Shown piece by piece: positions 30,317 to 39,830 of a DNA stretch of 64,000 nt. Every line of letters starts with the position of its first letter. Within the stretch, counting starts at the first letter, position 1. The notes under the pieces are model-generated. The model made no database searches and was not told where the DNA came from. It was given only the letters and a program-made list of their open reading frames with translations. Source of the stretch: Bacilli bacterium (GTDB taxonomy: Bacteria; Bacillota_I; Bacilli_A; RFN20; CAG-826); assembly GCA_035367155.1 (NCBI GenBank), contig DAOSJI010000002.1, positions 38,786-102,785 of the forward strand, read 5' to 3'. A program made the translations under genes and the position numbers.

Positions 30317-30802
30317 ATGATGAAAACACACGAAAAATACATGAAAGAGGCCATAAATGAAGCATTTAAGGCTTTTAAAAAAGATGAAGTTCCAGTAGGG
30401 GCAGTAATTGTTTTAAATGGAAAAATAATTGCAAGAGGTCATAATACTAGAGAAAAAACAAAAGATCCAACTGGACACGCAGAAATAAACGCTTTAAAAA
30501 AAGCAACTAAAAAATTGAATTCATGGCGACTAGAAAATGCAATTCTTTATGTAACAATTGAACCATGCGCAATGTGTGCTGGAGCAATAAGTCAAGCTAG
30601 AATAAAAAAAATAGTTTATGGTGCAAAAGACAAAAAAGGTGGAGCTATTGAAAGTAACATCGAATTATATAAAAAAACAGGTCTAAATCATTATCCGGAA
30701 GTTGAAAGTGGAGTACTTGCCAAAGAATGTGGTGAAATAATTTCACACTATTTTCGTCAAAAAAGAGATAAAGCAAAAAGCAACATAACTAAGAAAATGT
30801 AA
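30317..30802 (+). CDS. tadA: tRNA-specific adenosine deaminase
   Basis: Zinc motifs HAEINALKKA and PCAMCAGAI. I moved the start to the MMKTHEKY ATG because the track N-terminus overlaps the SRP RNA. Confidence 0.9.
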   Translation: MMKTHEKYMKEAINEAFKAFKKDEVPVGAVIVLNGKIIARGHNTREKTKDPTGHAEINALKKATKKLNSWRLENAILYVTIEPCAMCAGAISQARIKKIVYGAKDKKGGAIESNIELYKKTGLNHYPEVESGVLAKECGEIISHYFRQKRDKAKSNITKKM

Positions 30803-30897
30803 GCACATACATAATTCTAAAAATACTATTTAGTTGACAAATCGAATACTAATAAATAATATTAATTTATTAATATTTTTAAAAGGAGGAAAAAAAT

Positions 30898-32196
30898 ATG
30901 AAAAAGATGACAGTTTCATTGGTAGCACTAATGTCCCTAGCAGCTTTAGCAGGTTGTACAAAAAAACCAACCCCATCATCTAGTTCAGAAGCTCCAGTTG
31001 TTTCCGATAGCACAACATCAGAAGTTGAAGATACTAGAAAACCATGGGAAAAGCTTTATTTTGGAAACAACGATGCAAGGCTTGGAAACTTTGTAGCAGA
31101 TCTACCCTTACCTGCAGACGGAGAAGAAAGTAGACTCTTAAATAGTGATGAACTTTCTGGACTTGTTGCTCTTATTCAAACAAATGATGAAGTAATTAAT
31201 GTTCAAGGAAGCATCATTGATGAACAATGGTTTGCTGGTGATGGCTCTAGAGAAGACATTTCTACAGCAGACATTGCAATTGAAGGACAAGCTCTAGCCT
31301 TAAGATATGATAACTATGTATTACATCAACAAGCTGCATATACAACCACATATACATGGGATGAAGAACAAATCATTGAAGATAGCAGTGAAGAAGTTAG
31401 TGAACCAGTTAGCGGAAGGATTTTACATCCAGGTGTAAAGAAAGATACCCTTGTTTATTTTTCAGAAACCGTATCTGAAGAACCAGGAAGTGAACCAACA
31501 AGTGAAGGACCATTAACGACTGAAGTTGAAGTAACACAAACTACTGAAACACTAGAAAACACTGTTATTAGACCCCTTGAACATGAAGGCGAAGATGTTA
31601 TTGCGGTTCAAAATAAATATGGTGGTATTCTTGGTAACGGCGTTGAATTTTTCAACTATTCTGACACACTATACAAAAACACATTCAATATCGGTGGTGG
31701 TGCTCGTTGGATTGATAGCAAAACAAATTCACAATATGGATATGACGCTTGGTATGGAGCAATAACACAACAAACAAGTTGGATGGCTGATGTTGAAGCA
31801 GGAACCCGCCAACTTGGTAAATTATACGAAGCTGAACTTATGGCCGATGGAACCATTTATCTCTTAGATAGCTGGGTTCTTACACCAAAACCAGTCTATA
31901 TTGATGGACAATATTATGGTGGTTACTTTGGATTTGTCGGTGGAGCATTAGTTGTAATTGAAGAAGGAATCGTTTCTAACTTACTTGTAAGAATAGGTTA
32001 TGTCCTTCACTACTGGCTTGGTCCAGATGCCCCACCTAATGCACAACATTACGTTCCAGAAGAAGGTCGAACATTCGATTGGACAGAATACGCTCCCTAC
32101 TATTACTTTGGTGATAATTTAGGTTTTGGCGTTCTTGATGACAATGGTGAGTTTGATCTAACTGAATGGGATATTGCTGATTTCGAAGTAGAATAA
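30898..32196 (+). CDS. Acidic surface lipoprotein, unknown function
   Basis: Signal peptide with lipobox LAG-C, a Ser/Thr-rich linker and a strong AGGAGG RBS. TTGACA/TAATAT promoter-like hexamers lie upstream. Confidence 0.7.
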   Translation: MKKMTVSLVALMSLAALAGCTKKPTPSSSSEAPVVSDSTTSEVEDTRKPWEKLYFGNNDARLGNFVADLPLPADGEESRLLNSDELSGLVALIQTNDEVINVQGSIIDEQWFAGDGSREDISTADIAIEGQALALRYDNYVLHQQAAYTTTYTWDEEQIIEDSSEEVSEPVSGRILHPGVKKDTLVYFSETVSEEPGSEPTSEGPLTTEVEVTQTTETLENTVIRPLEHEGEDVIAVQNKYGGILGNGVEFFNYSDTLYKNTFNIGGGARWIDSKTNSQYGYDAWYGAITQQTSWMADVEAGTRQLGKLYEAELMADGTIYLLDSWVLTPKPVYIDGQYYGGYFGFVGGALVVIEEGIVSNLLVRIGYVLHYWLGPDAPPNAQHYVPEEGRTFDWTEYAPYYYFGDNLGFGVLDDNGEFDLTEWDIADFEVE

Positions 32197-32212
32197 ATCT
32201 AAGCTAATCTTA

Positions 32213-32245
32213 AAAAAGCTGATAATATTATCAGCTTTTTTCTTT
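32213..32245 (+). terminator. Rho-independent terminator after the lipoprotein gene
   Basis: aagctgataa/ttatcagctt stem (32216-32237) followed by a long T-run. Confidence 0.75.
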
Positions 32246-32293
32246 TTTTAATATATAAATTGATTATAATTATAAGTAAGGAAATAAGACATT

Positions 32294-34852
32294 ATGCTAG
32301 AACTAAGAAACATACATAAAGACTACTATATTGACAAAAAACCTTTACATGTTTTAAAAGGAATTGATTTAGTTTTTCCTCGCCATCAGTTTGCAACTAT
32401 TTTAGGACCAAGCGGTTGTGGGAAAACAACGCTTTTAAATCTTATCGGTGGATTAGATTTATACACTAGCGGAGATCTTTTAATTGATGGTCAATTCACA
32501 AATACATATAAAGATAGAGATTGGGATGCATATCGAAACCATCGTGTTGGTTTTGTTTTTCAATCATATAATCTTATACCGCACTTAACAGTTGTAGATA
32601 ATGTTGAACTTTCTTTAACTTTAACTGGAATGAGTCCAAAAGAAAGAAGAGCGAAAGCAATAGAAACACTAAAAAGCGTTGGTTTAACTGATGAAATATA
32701 TAAAGATGTCACTAAATTATCAGGTGGTCAAATGCAACGAGTTGCAATCGCTAGAGCAATTGTTAATGACCCTGATATTATTCTTGCAGACGAACCAACA
32801 GGAGCTCTCGACTCAAAAACAAGTGAACAAATAATGGATATTATAAAAGAAATTAGTAAAACTAAACTCGTCATTATGGTAACTCATAACGAAAATATTG
32901 CAAAAAAATATAGTGATAGAGTTATTAGGATGCTTGATGGGGTAATTACAAGTGATAGCAATCCACCTGTAGAGACTAAAACGGAAAAAGAAGGAGAATT
33001 AAGCAACAATAAAACTTCAATGTCTTTTTTTACCGCGCTCAAAAACTCTTTTAAAAACTTAATTACTAAAAAAGGAAGAACTGTGTTGACATCAGTTGCG
33101 GGGTCTTTAGGCATTATAGGAGTTGCTCTAATTAGTTCTGTTTCAAACGGTTTTTCAAATTATATTGATCGGATTGAATCATCTGTTATGGTCGGTTATC
33201 CAATAGCTGTTATGTCAAGTTCATTTGAAATTTCAACAAGTCTTGATGACTATAAAGTAAATCGTGAAAAATACCCAGATGATGAAAAAGTATTCGTTTA
33301 TGATGAATATGATACAAGCGAATCGGGCTTAAAACTATATTTTAATGATATAAATGAAGAATATATTAATATGGTCAGAGGCTTTGAGGAAGACGGACTT
33401 GCTTCTAGTGTAATGGTTAACTATATGACAAGAAGTAATCTTATAACAAGACGACCAAACGGAAACGTTCAAAGAGTAGGGAATACGAGTTTTAGTTACT
33501 TTAGTGCGATTCCTTCAGGAACATTTAGTCCTCTCGTAGGTGATGAAGAGTTTATGTTAGAAACTTATGATTTAATTGGAGAAACATCGCGCTTTCCTAC
33601 TAATATTAACGAAGCTGTCTTAATGATTGATAGTTATAATAGAATCTCATTTCAAACATTAAGTGATATTGGTGTGTTAAATACTGGCGCCTCAACAATT
33701 AAAGAAATTGATTTTACTGATCTGATTGGAAAAAAATATAAACTAATTGATCATGATGATTATTATTTGCGTTATCCCGCTGAAGATGTAGAAGTCGAAA
33801 ATAAATTTTCAGAAACAGGAACAACAACTATAGAAAAATATCGAGTTCGTTGGGGAGAAATTGAAAGTATGTTTAATGATCCTGAAATTGGAATTGAGCT
33901 TGAAATTGTTGGGATTTTGAGGCCAAAACGCGAAACGAGAATAAGTTTATTATCCCCAGGATTAAAGTATCATCGTGATTTAGTTGAAGTCATGAAAGAT
34001 AGAAACGTCAATAGCGAAATTGGGAAAAGTTTTAGTAATAATATAGCAAGTACTAAAACAATGGATGAAATTAGGGAAATGAGCGAAGCCGAAATAGCAA
34101 ACGCACTCCAAAATGTGATTAATTTTTACTCACCATTTACAGATTCAGGAAATCCAACAGGAACAATATCATTTCAATTCTTTTTAAACTCAGCTAAATT
34201 TTATGGTGCAACATTTGAAGACATTGATACAAGTACTGAAGGAAGAACATTTATAAAAGCGGCAATCGATTCGATGTATTCTTTGGTAGAATCAATTGCA
34301 ATATTTCCTAAGGATGCAAATTCTAAGAAAATAATTCGCAACAAAATGGATAAATATAATGAAGAAAATCCTTTAGAACAAATTAAATATTTTGATGCAG
34401 TTTCTACATTGACCGATTCGCTAGCAACAATGGTCAATATCGTGACTATAGTTTTATTAGTTTTTACCAGCATTTCCTTGGTGGTTTCTGGATTATTGAT
34501 TGCAATCATCACCTATATTTCTGTTATAGAGAGAACAAAAGAGATAGGTGTTTTAAGGGCTTTAGGTGCTCGTAAAAAAGATGTGACTAGACTCTTTGAA
34601 GCAGAGACTTTTATTATTGGTTTAATCGCTGGGCTTATTGGGGTAATAGTTGCTTATTTAATTACAATTCCTTTAAATATGATTTTGAATAACGCGTTCC
34701 CCGGAGAAAACATAGGAAATATAGCAGATTTAGCACCGTTAACCGCCGTATTTTTAGTAGCTTTGAATGTGGGATTAACGATGTTAGCAGGATTAATTCC
34801 AAGTATTGCAGCAGCGCGTAAAAATCCTGTAGAAGCTTTAAGAACTGAATAA
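32294..34852 (+). CDS. Fused MacB-type ABC transporter (ATPase plus FtsX-like permease with a very large extracytoplasmic domain)
   Basis: Walker A GPSGCGKTT, signature LSGGQMQR and Walker B ILADEPTGALD. After TM1 comes a roughly 430-aa loop, then the FtsX block ERTKEIGVLRALGARKKDV and 3 TM segments. Confidence 0.85.
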   Translation: MLELRNIHKDYYIDKKPLHVLKGIDLVFPRHQFATILGPSGCGKTTLLNLIGGLDLYTSGDLLIDGQFTNTYKDRDWDAYRNHRVGFVFQSYNLIPHLTVVDNVELSLTLTGMSPKERRAKAIETLKSVGLTDEIYKDVTKLSGGQMQRVAIARAIVNDPDIILADEPTGALDSKTSEQIMDIIKEISKTKLVIMVTHNENIAKKYSDRVIRMLDGVITSDSNPPVETKTEKEGELSNNKTSMSFFTALKNSFKNLITKKGRTVLTSVAGSLGIIGVALISSVSNGFSNYIDRIESSVMVGYPIAVMSSSFEISTSLDDYKVNREKYPDDEKVFVYDEYDTSESGLKLYFNDINEEYINMVRGFEEDGLASSVMVNYMTRSNLITRRPNGNVQRVGNTSFSYFSAIPSGTFSPLVGDEEFMLETYDLIGETSRFPTNINEAVLMIDSYNRISFQTLSDIGVLNTGASTIKEIDFTDLIGKKYKLIDHDDYYLRYPAEDVEVENKFSETGTTTIEKYRVRWGEIESMFNDPEIGIELEIVGILRPKRETRISLLSPGLKYHRDLVEVMKDRNVNSEIGKSFSNNIASTKTMDEIREMSEAEIANALQNVINFYSPFTDSGNPTGTISFQFFLNSAKFYGATFEDIDTSTEGRTFIKAAIDSMYSLVESIAIFPKDANSKKIIRNKMDKYNEENPLEQIKYFDAVSTLTDSLATMVNIVTIVLLVFTSISLVVSGLLIAIITYISVIERTKEIGVLRALGARKKDVTRLFEAETFIIGLIAGLIGVIVAYLITIPLNMILNNAFPGENIGNIADLAPLTAVFLVALNVGLTMLAGLIPSIAAARKNPVEALRTE

Positions 34853-34874
34853 GACAAATGAATGGAGGATAATT

Positions 34875-35828
34875 ATGCAAAAAGACTATTTTTCAAATTT
34901 TAGAGATGCATTAGGTGCTACTAAACTTACCTTTACTGAGGGTAAAGCAAAAGGAATTGATGTAATTATTGCTCATAACAATCTTTTTACTATGTATATT
35001 CTTCCAGATCGAGGAATGGATATTTATCGCCTTGAATATAAAGGTGAAAATATTGCATATATTAGTCCTAATGGTCCAGTTAACCCGCTTCATTTAGGGA
35101 GTTCAGGAATTGAATCTTATTGGTCCACTTTTATTGGAGGTTTCTTATTAACTTGTGGGCTAGATAATGTTATGGGTCCTGAAAAAAGAGGAAATAAAAC
35201 AATTATTCAACATGGGACATATACATTAACCCCAGCAACGGATTTAAAAATAGAAACCATTGAAAATAACGGTGAACCACATTTAGAAATAAGTGGGAAA
35301 ATGGAGATTACAGCCCTATTTGGTAGTAGGTTAGTTGTAAAAAGGCTAATTACTATTAAGTACAATAATCCTTGTTTTACACTTAAAGATGTAATAGTTA
35401 ACGAAGGGCTAAAGGATGATGAGTATATGATTATGTACCACCACAACATTGGTTATCCTTTATTTAATGAAAACAGCAATTTGAATATTAATAAAAAAGA
35501 AACATACATGATTTCAAAAAATTCTACAATTGATCAATTTAATGCTTTTGATAAACCGAGTCCAAACATTGATGAAATGGTTTATATGCACAAGATAAAC
35601 AAAGGAATCAAAGATCATGTCTCGATAGAAAACGACAAATATAAGTTATTAATTGGGTGGAACCAAGAAAAACTTCCTTATATGGTTCAATGGAAGTGTA
35701 TGCAGAAAAATAATTATGTTCTAGGTTTAGAACCTGCCATGTCTCCATACCCTAAAAAAGAATATAGAACGATAAAAGTGGGTGAAGAACACACATATTT
35801 ACTTACATATAAATTCGAAGATAAGTAA
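34875..35828 (+). CDS. Aldose-1-epimerase-like (DUF4432-type) protein
   Basis: Family-level recollection of the N-terminal pattern (...ILPDRGMDIYRLEYKGENIAYISPNG) and of the size. There is no decisive motif. Confidence 0.45.
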   Translation: MQKDYFSNFRDALGATKLTFTEGKAKGIDVIIAHNNLFTMYILPDRGMDIYRLEYKGENIAYISPNGPVNPLHLGSSGIESYWSTFIGGFLLTCGLDNVMGPEKRGNKTIIQHGTYTLTPATDLKIETIENNGEPHLEISGKMEITALFGSRLVVKRLITIKYNNPCFTLKDVIVNEGLKDDEYMIMYHHNIGYPLFNENSNLNINKKETYMISKNSTIDQFNAFDKPSPNIDEMVYMHKINKGIKDHVSIENDKYKLLIGWNQEKLPYMVQWKCMQKNNYVLGLEPAMSPYPKKEYRTIKVGEEHTYLLTYKFEDK

Positions 35829-35853
35829 ATAGACTAAAAAAATTAGACAATGT

Positions 35854-35886
35854 AAAAAAACCAAGCACATAGTGTTTGGTTTTATT
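35854..35886 (+). terminator. Rho-independent terminator
   Basis: Stem ccaagcac (35861-35868) / gtgtttgg (35872-35879, one G-U pair) followed by TTTTATT. An extended -10 TGTATAAT follows. Confidence 0.6.
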
Positions 35887-35918
35887 GTATAATGAATTAG
35901 AATATACAAATTAACATT

Positions 35919-38363
35919 ATGAAAAGAACCGCAACTGAGAAAATTCGTCGAGTCGAAAGTAGGTTCAGCAGAGCTGAACGCTTTGTTGTTGCTAAAGAAA
36001 CAGGACTATCAACAGCACAAGTAGAGCTTCGTAACAAACAAGGTTTAAATAATAAAGTTCGAGAAGCGATTACAAAAACTGGGTGGGAAATCTTTAAGCA
36101 AAACTTCCTTTCGTTTTTTAATATTCTTTTATACGGTATAGCCGCGGCAATGATAGCAGTGCGCTATTACAGCGGACTTTTCTTTTTAGTAATTTTAGCC
36201 GCTAATATTTTAATTGGTTTTATTCAAGATATTCGTGCTAGAAGAACGCTTGAAAAATTATCTATACTTTCAAAACAAACAAATTTAGTTGTTCGTAATG
36301 GTGAAGAAATAGAAATTGATTCCGATCATATTGTTTTAGATGATATTTTAATTTTAAAGCTAGGTGATCAAGTTTCTGTTGATGGTGTCTTACTAAGTGG
36401 CAGCTTAAAAGTAAATGAATCACTTCTTACTGGTGAAAGTGAGCATATTGATAAAAATGAAGGTGACTATATTTTGTCAGGTTCTTTTGTAACTAGCGGA
36501 TACGCTTATGTTTTGGTTGATCGAGTCGGGAAAGCTAGATATGCTCAAACCCTTCAAACAAAAGCAAGAGCATTCAAACGACCTAAATCACAATTACTAG
36601 CATCAATTAATCAATTATTTAAAGTTATTGGTATTTTTGTAATCATTATTGGACTTTTAATGATTTTAATTAACTTTGTTCAAAACGCAACATTAGTTCA
36701 AAACGTAAAAAGTGTTTCTGGATCACTTGTAAGTATGATTCCATCAGGGATGTATTTATTAACTAGTATGACTCTTGCAGTAAGTGTTATTAGACTTGGT
36801 AAAAAAAGAACTCTTGTTCAAGAAATGTATTCTATTGAAATGCTAGCCCGCGTTGATGTTCTTTGTTTAGACAAAACTGGAACTTTAACGGATGGAACAA
36901 TGAGTGTTAGAGATGTGTATAAATTCGATGAATATGAAAAAGAAGACATGCACCTTATTTTAGGTAGCTTCTTTTTAGCTAATTCAGATAGTAACGCTAC
37001 AGCTGAAGCACTAAGGAGTTATTTTAAAACCAATGAACCATTAGAGGTGAGTAAAGTCATTCATTTTTCTAGTCATAGTAAATTTTCTGCCGTTCAATTT
37101 AGAAAAAATGATTCTTATGTTTTGGGCGCAGCTCAATATATATTAAGTGCGAAAGAACTAGCTTTAATTAATGAAAAAATCGAAGAATACAGTTCTAAAG
37201 GTTTTAGAGTGTTAACACTGGCACATACAAAAAAGTCGCTTCGTGGCGAACGGTGTCCGAAGGGTCTAAAACCAGTTGCACTTATTATTTTAGAAGATCA
37301 CATTCGCTCCGAAGCGATTGAAACTATACGATGGTTTGAAAATAACGGCGTTAAAATTAAGATTATTTCTGGTGATGATGCAGTTACTGTCGGTCAAATT
37401 AGTAAAACTTGCGGAGTTGTTGGGGCGGATCATCCACTTGATGTCTCATCAATGAGTGATGAGGAATTAATTAGACACGCTTCACAATATAGTGTTTTTG
37501 GTCGGGTTACACCCGAGCAAAAAGAAATGATTATAAGGCAACTTCAATCGGAGGGACAAATTGTTGCAATGATTGGGGATGGGGTTAATGATATTCTTGC
37601 ACTTAAAGCAGCGGATTGTTCAATTGCAATGGCTGAGGGAAGCGGAGCTGCTAGGGGAGCAAGTCATTTAATTATCGAACAAAACTTTGATGTTTTACCT
37701 TCAATTGTAGATGAAGGGCGCAGGGCAATTAATAACTTACAATTAACTTGGTCGCTTTTCTTAGGGAAAACGTTGTTTAGTATTATTATGTCGACTATGT
37801 TTTTAATTACAGCAATTTTAGGACCAGCAGGTGCTAAAATTGTTTATCCTTTTACAACACAAAATATGTACATATGGGAAATTGGGGCGATTGGAATGCC
37901 AGCCTTCTTTATTTCGCTTCAACCTAATAAAGATAAAATTAAAGGTTCATTTATGGGTAATGTTGTCTTAAAAGCTTTACCAGGTGCAATTAGTATAGTT
38001 ATTGCAGTTATATTAATCTTTTTACTTCAAAGCATTGAACAGCGGCAACCTGGTACAACATACGTGTTTGATGAAACTGCTAGAACGATGGCGACACTTA
38101 CGATGTCATTATTTAGTTTTGTAATTCTTTTTAGAACGTGTTTGCCGTTTACAAAATATCGACTTACTTTATTTATAACTATTTTTACAGCGACTCTATC
38201 TATCGTTTTAACTGCAGGTTTCTTAAGATTAGATCTATTTAATATTTATTACAAATATATTGGTACTGCTAATGTTATTCAACTTATTTTAATTAACATA
38301 TTTATTATTATCATCTATGTAATTTTAGTACGAGGAATGAGCAGAAGAAGGAGTGAAGTATAA
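35919..38363 (+). CDS. P-type (E1-E2) cation-transporting ATPase, specificity unknown
   Basis: Phosphorylation motif CLDKTGTLT, hinge GDGVNDILALKAADCSIAM and a Cation_ATPase_N-like start. TM4 reads IPSGMY instead of PEGL. Confidence 0.9.
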   Translation: MKRTATEKIRRVESRFSRAERFVVAKETGLSTAQVELRNKQGLNNKVREAITKTGWEIFKQNFLSFFNILLYGIAAAMIAVRYYSGLFFLVILAANILIGFIQDIRARRTLEKLSILSKQTNLVVRNGEEIEIDSDHIVLDDILILKLGDQVSVDGVLLSGSLKVNESLLTGESEHIDKNEGDYILSGSFVTSGYAYVLVDRVGKARYAQTLQTKARAFKRPKSQLLASINQLFKVIGIFVIIIGLLMILINFVQNATLVQNVKSVSGSLVSMIPSGMYLLTSMTLAVSVIRLGKKRTLVQEMYSIEMLARVDVLCLDKTGTLTDGTMSVRDVYKFDEYEKEDMHLILGSFFLANSDSNATAEALRSYFKTNEPLEVSKVIHFSSHSKFSAVQFRKNDSYVLGAAQYILSAKELALINEKIEEYSSKGFRVLTLAHTKKSLRGERCPKGLKPVALIILEDHIRSEAIETIRWFENNGVKIKIISGDDAVTVGQISKTCGVVGADHPLDVSSMSDEELIRHASQYSVFGRVTPEQKEMIIRQLQSEGQIVAMIGDGVNDILALKAADCSIAMAEGSGAARGASHLIIEQNFDVLPSIVDEGRRAINNLQLTWSLFLGKTLFSIIMSTMFLITAILGPAGAKIVYPFTTQNMYIWEIGAIGMPAFFISLQPNKDKIKGSFMGNVVLKALPGAISIVIAVILIFLLQSIEQRQPGTTYVFDETARTMATLTMSLFSFVILFRTCLPFTKYRLTLFITIFTATLSIVLTAGFLRLDLFNIYYKYIGTANVIQLILINIFIIIIYVILVRGMSRRRSEV

Positions 38364-39274
38364 TGAAAATTAGATTTAGCGAAGAAGTTAGGGACGCCCT
38401 TAAAAATAAAAGACCCCTAGTAGCACTTGAAACAACTATTATAAGTCACGGAATGCCTTATCCTCGAAACATTGAAAATGCTTTAGAGGTAGAAGAAACT
38501 ATTAGAAAAGAAGGGGCAATTCCAGCGACAATTGGAATAATTGAAGGTGAAATTGTCGTAGGTTTAACAAAAGAAGAAATAATTGAATTTGGCAAACGAA
38601 AAGATATTATTAAGTGTTCGCTTAGAGATTTAGCTTTTGTTTCTTTAAAAAAGAAATGGGGTTCAACCACAGTAGCGGCTTCAATCAATTTAGCAAAAAA
38701 AGCAGGTATAGATGTTTTTGTAACTGGTGGTATTGGAGGTGTTCATCGAAACGCAGAAATGACCTTTGATATATCTGCTGATTTAGATGAACTCGCAAAA
38801 ACACAAATAATTACTGTATGTGCGGGCCCTAAAGCAATTTTAGATGTTGCTAAGACGGTTGAATATCTAGAAACAAAAGGGGTTCCTACTATAGGATATA
38901 AAACTAGCAAATTACCGCTTTTTTATACGCCGACAAGTAAATTTAATGTAACGCATAAACTTGATTCAGAGCAAGAAATAGCAGCAATCTATGCAAAACA
39001 AATTAACTTAGGGTTACCTCAAGCAATACTTGTATGTAATCCAGTTCCTAAAGATGCTTCCTTTACTTTAGAAGAAGCTGAAGATTTAATAAAATTAGCT
39101 TTAAAGGAAGCTAAAGCAAAAGGAATCAAAGGAAAGGAAGAAACGCCTTTTCTACTTAGTAAAATTAATGAACTCTCAAAAGGTCGCTCTCAATTTATTA
39201 ACGAAGCATTAATTATTAATAATGCAAAAGTAGGAGCTAAAATAGCAATCTGTTTAAAAAAGGAGCTTAGTTAG
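38363..39274 (+). CDS. psuG: Pseudouridine-5'-phosphate glycosidase
   Basis: ALETTIISHGMPYPRN and GGIGGVHR motifs. TAATG overlap with the ATPase gene. Confidence 0.9.
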   Translation: MKIRFSEEVRDALKNKRPLVALETTIISHGMPYPRNIENALEVEETIRKEGAIPATIGIIEGEIVVGLTKEEIIEFGKRKDIIKCSLRDLAFVSLKKKWGSTTVAASINLAKKAGIDVFVTGGIGGVHRNAEMTFDISADLDELAKTQIITVCAGPKAILDVAKTVEYLETKGVPTIGYKTSKLPLFYTPTSKFNVTHKLDSEQEIAAIYAKQINLGLPQAILVCNPVPKDASFTLEEAEDLIKLALKEAKAKGIKGKEETPFLLSKINELSKGRSQFINEALIINNAKVGAKIAICLKKELS

Positions 39275-39278
39275 TTTT

Positions 39279-39830
39279 ATGAAAACACAAGTAAAACTAC
39301 GATTGCAGTTAAAGCAATTTTTAGCAAATGAACCATTAGATACAATAACGGTAAAAAGACTCGCTTCTTCGTGCGGAATTAACCGTCAAACTTTTTACTA
39401 TCACTATCGGGATATTTATGAATTACTAGCAGATGTTTATATTAATGAAAAAATACCAAATTTAGATAAGGTCATTACATGGGAAAAAGCACTTGATCAA
39501 ATTTTTAATTACATTATAAATAATCGACAATTTATTAATAATACTGCACAAAGTGCGGGTCATGATTTATTAGATGCCTTTTTTAACAATGTCTTTTACA
39601 ATGTGCTATTAAACGAAATTAATATTATTGATTCGTCAAAAAAATTAACTGAACAAGAAGTTAGGTTTTTATCTTCTTTTTATAGTGCGGGTTTTGCAAA
39701 TATTGTGATGCAGTGGATAGATGGGTCTCAAGAAGAAGCTCCATTAAGTGTAATCGATCGATTGATTAATTTTTTTGAAGGTAGTATTGAAAGAGTAATA
39801 CAAAGGTATTGTAGGAAACAAAATGAATAG
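39279..39830 (+). CDS. TetR-family transcriptional regulator (DhaS-like)
   Basis: N-terminal HTH ITVKRLASSCGINRQTFYYHYRDIYEL. Confidence 0.8.
   Translation: MKTQVKLRLQLKQFLANEPLDTITVKRLASSCGINRQTFYYHYRDIYELLADVYINEKIPNLDKVITWEKALDQIFNYIINNRQFINNTAQSAGHDLLDAFFNNVFYNVLLNEINIIDSSKKLTEQEVRFLSSFYSAGFANIVMQWIDGSQEEAPLSVIDRLINFFEGSIERVIQRYCRKQNE

Noticed and set aside
30858-30877. Perfect 9-bp inverted repeat AATATTAAT-tt-ATTAATATT as a dedicated operator feature
   Set aside because: It is composed only of A/T in a very AT-rich promoter region, so chance occurrence is plausible. I mention it within a finding but do not call it a feature.
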